A stretch of DNA of 64,000 nucleotides, taken from Octopus vulgaris. Its lineage: Eukaryota. The stretch is from NCBI GenBank assembly GCA_951406725.2, contig OX597815.1, positions 193,812,001 to 193,876,000 of the forward strand. Direction: 5' to 3'. The position numbers and the translations under genes were made by a program. This document shows positions 1-9,801 of this stretch, piece by piece; position 1 is the stretch's first letter; each line of letters begins with the position of its first letter. Below the pieces are notes generated by a model. The model made no database searches. It was given only the letters and a program-made list of their open reading frames with translations, and was not told the DNA's origin.

Positions 1-82
1 CACCTATCAATTAATGCATGCACATAAGTGCAATTCCGTGAAATATTCACGCCTATTTACGTGGCAGGTATATACAATTGAA

Positions 83-496
83 GGTGGTGAGCTGGCAGAA
101 ACGTTAGCACGCTGGGCGAAATGCTTTGCGGTATTTCGTCTGTCGCAACGTTCTGAGTTCAAATTCCGCCGAGGTCGACTTTGCCTTTCATCCTTTCGGG
201 GTCGATAAATTAAGTACCAGTTACGCACTGGGGTCGATGTAATCGACTTAATACCTATGTCTGTCCTTGTTTGTCCCCTCTATGTTTAGCCCCTTGTGGG
301 TAATAAAGAAATAGGTATTTCGTCTGTCGCAACGTTCTGAGTTCAAATTCCGCCGAGGTCGACTTTGCCTTTCATCCTTTCGGGGTCGATAAATTAAGTA
401 CCAGTTACGCACTGGGGTCGATGTAATCGACTTAATACCTATGTCTGTCCTTGTTTGTCCCCTCTATGTTTAGCCCCTTGTGGGTAATAAAGAAAT
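83..496 (+). mobile_element. tRNA-derived SINE family A (MetaSINE-like central domain), head plus two identical 184-bp units
   Basis: Head GGTGGTGAGCTGGCAGAAACGTTAGC (A-box-like), B-box-like GAGTTCAAATTCC, central GTCGACTTTGCCTTTCATCCTTTCGGGGTCGATAAATTAAGTACCAG. Units at 130-313 and 314-497. TSD AGGTATATACAATTGAA at 66-82 and 497-513. Confidence 0.9.
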
Positions 497-646
497 AGGT
501 ATATACAATTGAACTAAATTTTGTATCATATATAGGTGGATATTTTTTTCTTTATGGGGAAAATGGAAAGCTAAGAGTTAATATTTATGTTATGAGTTCT
601 GTTTATTAAGTCTATAAAAATGTGCAGGAAGTGTATAAAATGTATA

Positions 647-819
647 CTCTCTCTTTTACTCTTTTACTTGTTTCAGTCATTTGACTGCGGCCATGCTGGA
701 GCACCGCCTTTAGTACTTATTCTATCGGTCTCTTTTTGCCGAACCGCTAAGTGACGGGGACGTAAACACACCAGCATCGGTTGTCAAGCAATGCTAGGGG
801 GACAAACACACACACACAA

Positions 820-852
<33 letters not shown>

Positions 853-1024
853 CATATATACGACAGGCTTCTTTCAGTTTCCGTCTACCAAATCCACTCA
901 CAAGGCATTGGTCGGCCCGGGGCTATGGCAGAAGACACTTGCCCAAGATGTCACGCAGTGGGACTGAACCCGCAACCATGTGTGTTGGTTAGCAAGCTAC
1001 TTACCACACAGCCACTCCTGCGCC
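647..1024 (-). mobile_element. tRNA-derived SINE family B (CORE-like segment, internal TA/TG microsatellite)
   Basis: Reverse complement of GGCGCAGGAGTGGCTGTGTGGTAAG...GGTTCAGTCCC...CTTGGGCAAGTGTCTT...(TA/TG)n...ATGACTGAAACAAGTAAAAGAG; more than 10 copies in the window. Confidence 0.9.
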
Positions 1025-1050
1025 TATATATAAAGTGAATTAAGTAATCA

Positions 1051-1410
1051 TTGTACGGGAAAAAACGAAATGGACTTGGACCGATAATGGACAATGAGAA
1101 AGGAAGCGGTAAAGGAATGGTAGATGAGGAGTTCAGCTGCTGCGGAAAGGTATTCGCTAGTTACACCGGGCTGAGAATCCACCAAGGGAAGGTGTGTCAG
1201 AAGAAAGTAATTCAAGAACGCGGGTTGATAAACCATAAGACGTGTGGCCAGAACCTCCTGGAAAACAACCATAGCGAGGTTCATTCCACAGTTGAATTGG
1301 AACTGTCAAAAAGAGTGATAGGCGTGAAGAGGACAGAGATTAAGTGGCCGAAAGCGTTTAACGCAGCGAGTTATAAAAAAATTCGACAACGAGGTAAAGG
1401 GAAATTTGAC
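1051..1410 (+). pseudogene. N-terminal fragment of an RLE-type non-LTR retrotransposon ORF (HERO-like)
   Basis: SCCGKVFASYTGLRIHQGKVC zinc-finger-like motif followed by EIKWPKA and a frameshifted KFDNEV; resembles HERO ORF N-termini (recalled, not searched). Confidence 0.55.
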
Positions 1411-1489
1411 AAGACAGTCAGTCGCCCACTGACACTCGTTGCCGCTACATCGAAGAGGCCAGGGAACAGAAGAAAGAAGACATGCACTC

Positions 1490-1870
1490 ATGGATGGAAG
1501 CACTCCGTCGGTTACGAGGGTTCCGGTTGATCCGATCAACGGAACAGCCTGCTCGTGAAATTAACGTGTAAGTGGCTGAGCACTCCACAGACACGTGCAC
1601 CCTTAACGTAGTTCTCGGGGATATTCAGCGTGACACAGAGAGTGACAAGGCCGGCCTCTTGAAATACAGGTACAACAGAAACAGGAAGTAAGAGTGAGAG
1701 AAAGTTGTGGTGAAAGAGTACAGCAGGGATCACCACCATCCCCTTCCGGAGCCTCGTGGAGCTTTAGGTGTTTTCGCTCAATAAACACTCACAACGCCCG
1801 GTCTGGGAATCGAAACCGCGATCCTATGACCGCGAGTCCGCTGCCCTAACCACTGGGCCATTGCGCCTCC
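1490..1870 (-). mobile_element. tRNA(Arg)-like SINE family C (OR-type)
   Basis: Minus-strand head GGAGGCGCAATGGCCCAGTGGTTAGGGCAGCGGACTCGCGGTC...GGTTTCGATTCCC; near-identical to 25820-26212. Confidence 0.88.
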
Positions 1871-2140
1871 ACTCCTTATTATACTATTGTAATAACAACA
1901 GCAATGATTGAATTTTAATAAAATCCTGAAGTGACTGTTTGTTGCTACTGATGCTACTGTTGTTGCTAATGCTGTTGCTATTCCTACCGTTCCTATTGTT
2001 GTTCCTTCTGCAGTTCTTCGATATTCCTTGGGGTTTTTTTTTGTTATTATTATTTTTTTTTTTGTTTGGTTATATTTATTTTGGTTGTTGTTTTGTATGC
2101 TTAACCAATACAAAGTTTCTTAGTAAACTGTATAAACAGT

Positions 2141-2265
2141 GACAATTGCAGCGTGGAAGGTGTTTATAAGCCATTTAAAACACACAAAGACCGTTAAATT
2201 CACTTCAACATTTAAATTTGTCAAAATATTTTCGTCGCTTTGAGACCGTGACCTGTTCACTGACA
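2141..2265 (-). repeat. Left arm of an inverted repeat pair (Penelope pLTR-like, degenerate hammerhead-like motif)
   Basis: Reverse complement of 4161-4208 plus 4605-4686; the right arm is split by a Helitron. Confidence 0.6.
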
Positions 2266-2311
2266 AAATACTGCGCCGCATCTGAGAAAGTAACAGTTAG
2301 GTCATGATATA

Positions 2312-4155
2312 CAAAGTGTTTCAAAAAATTTGATATTTCGCAATCTAATAACTTTGCCAGTTCTTGTTCAAATGATTTCAAATTTTAACAGAATGTGTAG
2401 AAACAGTTCAAAATTTTATGTTTAATGTTTGATATGTCTGTCTTTTCAGGTATAGAAATGGCATTCACTTGAAGAGAAAAGGCGTTTTGTGAGTTGGAGC
2501 ATGCTCGAACTCAGTCGAACAAGACTGTGCAGCGTGCGTTTGTGAGAGAATTCTCTAAAAAGTCGCCAACAGCAATGCAGATTTGGACATGGCACAAAAA
2601 AATCAGACGAGGGTTGTCTGTGCAAGGCAAAAGGATCTGGACGATCACTAACATCGGATGAGACGGTCGAGCGGGTTCGCCAAAAACTCTTGCGAAGCCC
2701 CAAGAAGTCCATAAGAAGAACAAGTCTGGAAACCCAGATTCGTCCAACGATAGTTTGGCGCGTCTTGAGGAAACACTCGCTAATGAAACCCTACAAGAAG
2801 CTCGTTCAGGCCATAACGACAGATGACAAGCGAAAATGCAAACAACTTTGGGTTGATATGCAAGAGAAACTTGAAGAAACCTAGTTCAAAGAACATCTTG
2901 TTTTCAGTGATGAGGCCACATTTTATACGAATGGCAAAGTCAATAAGCATAATGTTCGTATTTGGGGCGAACAAAATCCCCATTCCACAGTTGAGCATGA
3001 GAGGGACTCACCAAAAGTGAATGTGTTCTGCGCCATCTCCAAGAAGCATCTTCATGGCTCGTTTTCCTTTGAGGGAAATGTGATCGGCGATGTTTATCGG
3101 CAAATGCTTTAGAAGTGGCTAAGGATGAGCTAATTGCAACTGAACATGAAGACCGTTTTTCGACAGGACGGGGCTCCATCTCATTGGAAGCTCATTGTGC
3201 GGGATTATCTCAATGACAATCTGCGGGGAAGATGGATCGGGCGTGCTGGTGATGAAGACAATGTGCTGCTGAAATGGCCGCCATGTTCACCTGACCTAAC
3301 ACCTTCTCTGGGGCTATGTGAAGGACCTGGTCTATGTCCCCACCCCTCTTCCTGCAAACCTAGAGGAACTCGAGCAGAGAATAACTACCACACTGGAGAC
3401 TGTTACTCAAGACATGCTGTGGCGTGTTTGGGAGGAGCAGAACTTCCATGTCTCAAGCGGTGCGCATATTGAAGATTTGTGAAATTATTCATGGCATCCA
3501 CATAGGCGCAGGAGTGGCTGTGTGGTAAGTAGCTTGCTTACCAGCCACATGGTTCCGGGTTCAGTCCCACTGCGTGGCATCTTGGGCAAGTGTCTTCTGC
3601 TATAGCCCCGGGCCGACCAATGCCTTGTGAGTGGATTTGGTAGACGGAAACTGAAAGAAGCCTGCCGTATATATGTATATATATATATTTGACTGGGCTT
3701 GATGAAGCCTTCTGGCTTCACAGACCCCAGTAGAACCGTCCAACCCATGCTAGCATGGAAAACGGACGCTAAACGATGATGATGATGATGATAAGTGTGT
3801 GCGTGTGTGTTTGTTTGTCTGTGTTTGTCCCCCTAGCATTGCTTGACAACCGATGCTGGTGTGTTTACGTCCCCGTCACTTAGCGGTTCGGTAAAAGAAA
3901 CCGATAGAATAAGTACTGGGCTTACAAAGAATAAGTCCCGGGGTCGATTTGCTCGACTAAAGGCGGTGCTCCAGCATGGCCGCAGTCAAATGACTGAAAC
4001 AAGTAAAAGAGTATACCTTTGAATTTCTCGTTCAAATTTAGAGGAATAAATCTTATGTTGCTCAACATTAAGCCAGTTTAGTTTGATTTGCATTGACTGT
4101 GTAGTTTCTGTGCTATTTACATCTCAAATAATATCAAATTTTTTGAAACACCCTG
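2312..4155 (+). mobile_element. Tc1/mariner superfamily DNA transposon, rosa/DD41D-like, decayed transposase
   Basis: ~26-bp TIRs CA(AA/GG)GTGTTTCAAAAAATTTGATATT flanked by TA. Frameshifted transposase ~2458-3480 with FSDEATF, HNVRIWG, QDGAPSH, RWIGR, WPPCSPDLTP motifs. Confidence 0.92.
3505..4012 (+). mobile_element. SINE family B inserted in the rosa-like transposon; carries a ~100-bp tail of another retroposon ending in (GAT)n at ~3691-3792
   Basis: Full family B head and tail; internal insert ends CGGACGCTAAACGATGATGAT. Confidence 0.88.
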
Positions 4156-4208
4156 TATATGTCAGTGAACAGGTCGCGGTCTCAAAGTGACGAAAACATT
4201 TTGACAAA

Positions 4209-4604
4209 TCTTTATATATAAAAGAGAGGTTGTGTGCTGTCTGTCTCCTACAATTTAGATTCCTAACTACTCCCACATTTTGCGGTGCAGTTTAACCAAA
4301 ACCGGGTATCTTATAGTCGTGATTCATATCGAGTCCTTGTGGGTATTAGCGTGCGTCTACGATGAGTCTACGATTTAAAAAAAAATTTACCATCAATTTT
4401 TCCGATTTTTAATGCATTTTTGGCATATATAAGGGAAGTAACTCTCTAAAAATTTATTATAAAATCTCAGAACGTAAAAAGCTACAGTAACACCCCGCCT
4501 TTGTGGTTAGCCATATTGAGATGGCTATTATACTTTACATCTCTAGAAATGCTTATATAGTTATTTCCCTTACAAACCCGAGCAACGCCGGGCGATACTG
4601 CTAG
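4209..4604 (+). mobile_element. Non-autonomous Helitron
   Basis: 5' TC, 3' hairpin CCCGAGCAACGCCGGG then CTAG, inserted between A and T with no TSD; second copy at 57448-57835 (-). Confidence 0.88.
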
Positions 4605-5188
4605 TTATATTTAAATATTGAAGTGAATCGAACGGTTTTTGTGTGTTTTCACATGGCTTATAAACACCTTCAACGTAGCGATTGTTTTTTGGGGGTTTTT
4701 TTCAGCACACGATCTCAGATCAGGTCACTTGCTATGCAAGTACATCTCCGTAAAACTTCAGTTTGGATCACATGAAACAAGTCCTTCAACCTGAATAGAC
4801 ATATCTAGGTAAATCGAAGATAGACAATAAAATTGCCCAAGTAAACAATGACACTCAATGAAGAAATATTGCAACAAGGAAACGCAAATAGAAACAGGAA
4901 TATTTATCGACAGCAACCAATGGATATTTATTAATTAACGGCCAAGCTGGAGGTCCTTTAACACCAATGCTTATGCTATCAAAGGAATGCGAAGATCCGG
5001 AAGTATTGTGACTTAAGCATTTGACAAATGTATTCAGTATCGCTCATTGAATACAGAAGCTTTCGTAACAGAACGGCATACCAAAATAAATGAGAGGCAA
5101 CGTTCAGAAATCAAGAGCGATGTGGGAAGTCTGCGGTTTATATGTTCTATATTGCTGTAGGCAATCGTGAACTATCTCTGACATTTCT

Positions 5189-5415
5189 GCGAGCTGGCAG
5201 AAACGTTAGCGCGCCGGGCGAAATGCTTAGCGGTATTTCGTCTGCCGCTACTTTCTGAGTTCAAATTCCGCCGAGGTCGACTTTGCCTTTCATCCTTTCG
5301 GAGTCGATAAATTAAGTACCAGTTACGCACTGGGGTCGATGTAATAGACTTAATCCATTTGTCAGTCCTTGTCTGTCTCCTCTATGTTTAGCCCCTTGTG
5401 GGTAGTAAAGAAATA
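5189..5415 (+). mobile_element. SINE family A monomer
   Basis: Family A sequence; TSD TATCTCTGACATTTCT at 5173-5188 and 5416-5431. Confidence 0.9.
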
Positions 5416-5691
5416 TATCTCTGACATTTCTATCGATCGAACTTTTTAATGAACATAATAATCAGCTTCTCGTGTCAGGTCAGGAATCAAACGACTTTTT
5501 CAGGTACCACCAGAAGTCGTTGAGAGAAAGTGATAGCATGTTGTCAACTTAATGTGACAGTCCCATGAAAGGGAAGAATGCTACTGTTATTTAGCTCCTG
5601 GAAACACCGTTTCCTGTTGGACTTGACACATTTCCTGTGTCCTTATGTTTACAAAGGGGAGACAAGCACCTCTACGCAGCAAAACCAGCCA

Positions 5692-5732
5692 CCAGAGACT
5701 AGTTTCAGAGTCATTGCTCATCGTCAGTCTGG
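5692..5732 (-). ncRNA. Minimal type-I hammerhead ribozyme motif
   Basis: CCAGA-CTGACGA-TGAGCAATGACTCT-GAAAC-TA-GTC-TCTGG: 5-bp stem I, intact core, weak stem II, palindromic stem III ACTAGT. Confidence 0.75.
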
Positions 5733-5942
5733 AGTAGCATGGCGAGCTAGCTGCCGATGCCTATCCGCCTTTGAAAACATATATAATTTCAAGTGAAATA
5801 AATTCAAGGATTTTTGAAAATAGAAATAATAATGAGAGATTTAGAAATACATTATTTCTATTTTCAAAAAATCAATGGATAATCACCACTTACAAATATA
5901 TACACACATGGTAGACATCGGCAGCTAGCAAGCCATGCTACT

Positions 5943-5983
5943 CCAGACTGACGATGAACAATGAGTCTGAAACTAGTCTCTGG
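5943..5983 (+). ncRNA. Minimal type-I hammerhead ribozyme motif (inverted copy, stem II eroded)
   Basis: CCAGA-CTGACGA-TGAACAATGAGTCT-GAAAC-TA-GTC-TCTGG. Confidence 0.65.
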
Positions 5984-6405
5984 GTGCTGGTTTTGCTGTG
6001 TAGAGGTGCTTGTCTCCACTTTGAAAATATAAGAACACAGGAAATGTGTCAAGTCCAACAGGAAACGGTGTTTCCTAGGGCTAAATAACAGTAGCATTCT
6101 TCCCTTTCATGGGACTGTCACATTAAGTTGACAACATGCTATCACTTTATCGTGCTGCTACTGCATAAATCTCTCTGAGCGATTTAGAAATTTATTATTT
6201 CTCGTTGAGAGAAGTAGTTCCGTCCATTTAATTTTATTCAAAAGTGGGTGCGAATGGCAAGTATAACCAGGATCGTGATCAGAATATGAGTTTGTGTCAC
6301 CTTTGAGTATGACCCTATCTGTAGTGACATGAGCTGAGTGAGAGGACGCTCACCTCTGATAGTCGGGGCTGCTCGGGATATTCTTTGGAGTTCTTTGATC
6401 GGTCG

Positions 6406-6648
6406 TATCTCTTTTACTCTTTTACTTGTTTCAGTCATTTGACTTTGGCCGTGCTGCAGCACCGCCTTTAGTCGAGCAAATCGACCCCAGGACTTATTCT
6501 TTGTAAGCCTAGTAGTTATTCTGTCGGTCTCTTTTGCCGAACCGCTAAGTTACGGCGACGTAAACACACCAGCATTGGTTGTCAAGCAATGTTGGGGGAA
6601 CAAATACAGACACACAAATATATGCACACACACATACACACACACACA

Positions 6649-6735
<87 letters not shown>
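6406..6735 (-). mobile_element. SINE family B, 3' half with (TG)n/(TA)n
   Basis: Matches the family B tail; head absent. Confidence 0.85.
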
Positions 6736-6740
<5 letters not shown>

Positions 6741-6783
6741 TAAATAAATGGAGTTGAACGAAGATGCTATTCAAATTCTTTTA

Positions 6784-6867
6784 CTTTCGACATATGTTTC
6801 GAAGATACAACACTGGTTTATTCCAAAGGAATAAACAGTGTAAAATGCAATCTTCTCATCAGGAAAG
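6784..6867 (-). ncRNA. Type-I hammerhead ribozyme with long stem II
   Basis: CTTTC-CTGATGA-GAAGAT...(extended hairpin)...ATCTTC-GAAAC-ATAT-GTC-GAAAG: all core nucleotides present; palindromic stem III ACATATGT. Confidence 0.85.
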
Positions 6868-6947
6868 AAAGAGAGCCTCACTCAACAAGACATTTGGGCA
6901 GTCATCGTAATTGTTATAATGTCTTGTTGTTGAGATACCTTCTCGTT

Positions 6948-7007
6948 CTTTCCTGATGAGAAGATTGCATTTTACACCGTTTATTTCTTTGAAACATATG
7001 TCGAAAG
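6948..7007 (+). ncRNA. Type-I hammerhead ribozyme, inverted copy with a deletion in stem II
   Basis: CTTTC-CTGATGA-GAAGA...TCTTT-GAAAC-ATAT-GTC-GAAAG. Confidence 0.72.
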
Positions 7008-7056
7008 TAAAGGAATTTTATTAACATCTTCGTTCAACTCCATTTATTTACTTATA

Positions 7057-7279
7057 CTACACAAATTACTGCACATACACACACATAACATCCCCACCAA
7101 CACAAAAAAACACACAAACATACAGACGCATACATACACACACGTGAACAGACACATAAACACACACAACACCATAACAAATACCAATCACACACATATA
7201 TACACACACACACAACACCAAGACAATCATAACAACACAAACATACTAAGACAGAGATACACACACACGCATTTATGCA

Positions 7280-7328
<49 letters not shown>

Positions 7329-8285
7329 AAAGAAAAAACACGCATACACTCACAATACATCACAACAAACACTCACAAACATACATACAAACAAGCATGC
7401 ACACACAATGACACACACCTCCCCGACAAATACAAAACACATAGACACCCCCACACAAACACACCTACACCTATACACACACATTGCACTAACAATACAA
7501 ACAAAACAAATCACTCACAAATGCAACACACACACACACGGAAACTACATAAACCAAACCCACATACACACCCCCCACACACACACACACACGCATACTC
7601 AATACCAACATACACAAAACGCATATGCACACACATGCACACCACCCAGATAAACCCAACACACATGGACACACAGAACCCCTGATAAATACAACACACT
7701 TACACACATCCACACATACCCACACACACATACCGTTGCTCACATAAACACACACACACACACACACACCACAAGGACAATTAAAACACAAACATACTCA
7801 GACACAACACACACACACTCACATACACACACATAACATCCCCACCAACACAAAAACATACACAAACATACAGACGCACACATACACACACGTGAACAGA
7901 CACATAAACACACACAACACCATAACAAATACCAATCACACACATATATACACACACACATAACATCCCCACCAACACAAAAAACACACAAACATACACC
8001 CACACCACAGACGCACACATACTCACACGCGAACAAACACATACACACACTTGCGCACACACAACACCCTAACAAATATTAATCACACACATACACACAC
8101 ATACACACACACACACAAACGTGCACACATATACACATACCATCCTACCAAATATTAAACACACACAGACACATTTACATACACCACAATAAACCCTGGG
8201 ACCAATCAAAAACGGCCCACACACACAAACAAAAACACATGTATACACACACACACACACACACACACAGACAGACACACACACT
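7057..8285. repeat. Cryptic (CA)-rich low-complexity tract with an internal ~135-bp duplication and (CT)n
   Basis: ~7075-7210 is repeated at ~7822-7960. Confidence 0.85.
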
Positions 8286-8429
8286 CAGACCATTCTTACC
8301 TCTAAGACCTGTTTCGCATCGCACTGAACCTTGAAAGAGAAACAAAAAAATCCTTTTAATTCCACATTGCTCTTCCTTCCCCCACCCACACAAACCAACC
8401 TCCCATACTTTCCCTTAAAATAGTAAATA

Positions 8430-9028
8430 GCATTTTACGATTAAATGGTGAAACAGATCAGTTCATTTCAAATTCTTTGTAAACTCCTAAATATATCTCT
8501 TTCTGTGTATATAGATACCACCAAAATATGACCTTTTTGAACTTATAATTTTCTGTGTATATATATATATATTGCCAAACAAACATAATTTTTAATGAAA
8601 TCCTAATATTTTTGACGAACTTTTTAATATTTTCTCAAGATTTTCCCTGTAAACTGCTTTTAACATTTTCTTATTATTATCAAAGAATGTATATCTGTAT
8701 TTTAATATTTTGTGACAACCAGTACTTAACACAACAAAGCTTTTACAAAGCTTTCACATTTTACTTTTGACAATCTCATTTTTAATGAAATCCTAATATT
8801 ATAAATGAACTTTTTAATATTTTCTCAAGATTTTTTTCTTGTAAATTCTTTTTAACATTTTCTTATTATCAAAGAATGTATATATGCATTGTAATATTTT
8901 GTGACAACCAGTACCTAACACAACAAAGCTTTTACATTTTACTTTTGACAATCTTTTTCTAAAAAAGTGAAACCAGTCAAGCGAATAAACATCTTTTAAA
9001 ATTGCATTTTCAAACCTTCTTTCATATA
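8430..9028 (+). mobile_element. AT-rich Penelope pLTR-like repeat with an internal ~190-bp tandem duplication and a variant hammerhead motif (8942-8981)
   Basis: Related in inverted orientation to 18422-19090; motif CTT-TTGACAA-stem-GAAAC-CA-GTC-AAG. Confidence 0.55.
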
Positions 9029-9063
9029 TATTTCCACTCGTGCGGTACCTTACAACTTCACTT

Positions 9064-9130
<67 letters not shown>

Positions 9131-9134
<4 letters not shown>

Positions 9135-9400
9135 GGAATTTACAAAAGAAAAACAAAAGACGAAGACAGGTGTATTAGTTTAACGATCGAGAAGGTGAGA
9201 ACGTCTTTTTCATTTCGAGCCTACGCTATTCTACAGAAAGAACACGACAAAATAAACAGAGAAAATATATTTAAAAAAAACTTAAGCGGTCAATCATGGT
9301 GATGTCTGCACGGAGGTGATCAGACAGGAGAGCTAGGAAGAAGGGGAGATAATAAAGTAGTGATGATCCCAAAACGAAGGTGCGTGTGTATGAGAGAGCG
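9131..9400 (-). mobile_element. Penelope pLTR-like repeat next to (TA)n, with a degenerate hammerhead at 9205-9240
   Basis: Same family as 36600-36805 (+). Confidence 0.55.
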
Positions 9401-9607
9401 TGTAAGTGAGTGCGTGTGGATTGGGGCTGGTGACCTTGACGTGTGGTGTGTGCATATGTAGGTGTGTGGATGATGGTGTCGGTGCTGGGAAGTGGTTAGT
9501 GCTAGTGTGTGTGGGGTGGTGTGATGTGGTGTGGTGTGGTGTGGGAGCTGGGAAGTGTATATATAATCCATTATGTAAAGCATACTTCCATTTTTTTTAG
9601 ATGGTAT

Positions 9608-9787
9608 GTGAGTTCAAATTCCGCCGAGGTGGACTTTGCCTTTCATCCTTTCGGGGTCGATAAATTAAGTACCAGTTACGCACTGGGGTCGATGTAATCG
9701 ACTTAATACCTATGTCTGTCCTTGTTTGTCCCCTCTGTGTTTAGCCCTGGGGTCGATGTTTAGCCCCTTGTGGGTAATAAAGAAATA
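9608..9787 (+). mobile_element. SINE family A, 5'-truncated
   Basis: B-box region through AAAGAAATA. Confidence 0.85.
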
Positions 9788-9801
9788 GGTATATACTTAT
9801 A

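Larger units (their letters stand above)
5527..6148. repeat. Inverted pair of ~237-bp Penelope pLTR-like repeats, each with a hammerhead motif
   Basis: Arms 5527-5763 and 5912-6148 are close reverse complements. Confidence 0.85.
6734..7056. repeat. Inverted pair of Penelope pLTR-like repeats with hammerheads
   Basis: TATAAGTAAATAAATGGAGTTGAACGAAGATG... at the left end and its reverse complement at the right end. Confidence 0.85.

Noticed and set aside
7-228. Recurrent ORFs such as MRNWYL..., MSSDVGG... and MVVIPAVLF...
   Set aside because: Chance frames in SINE copies; they recur only because the SINEs recur.
130-313. Ribozyme inside the SINE-A 184-bp unit
   Set aside because: No CUGANGA/GAAA core seen on either strand; other ribozyme classes could not be tested by eye.
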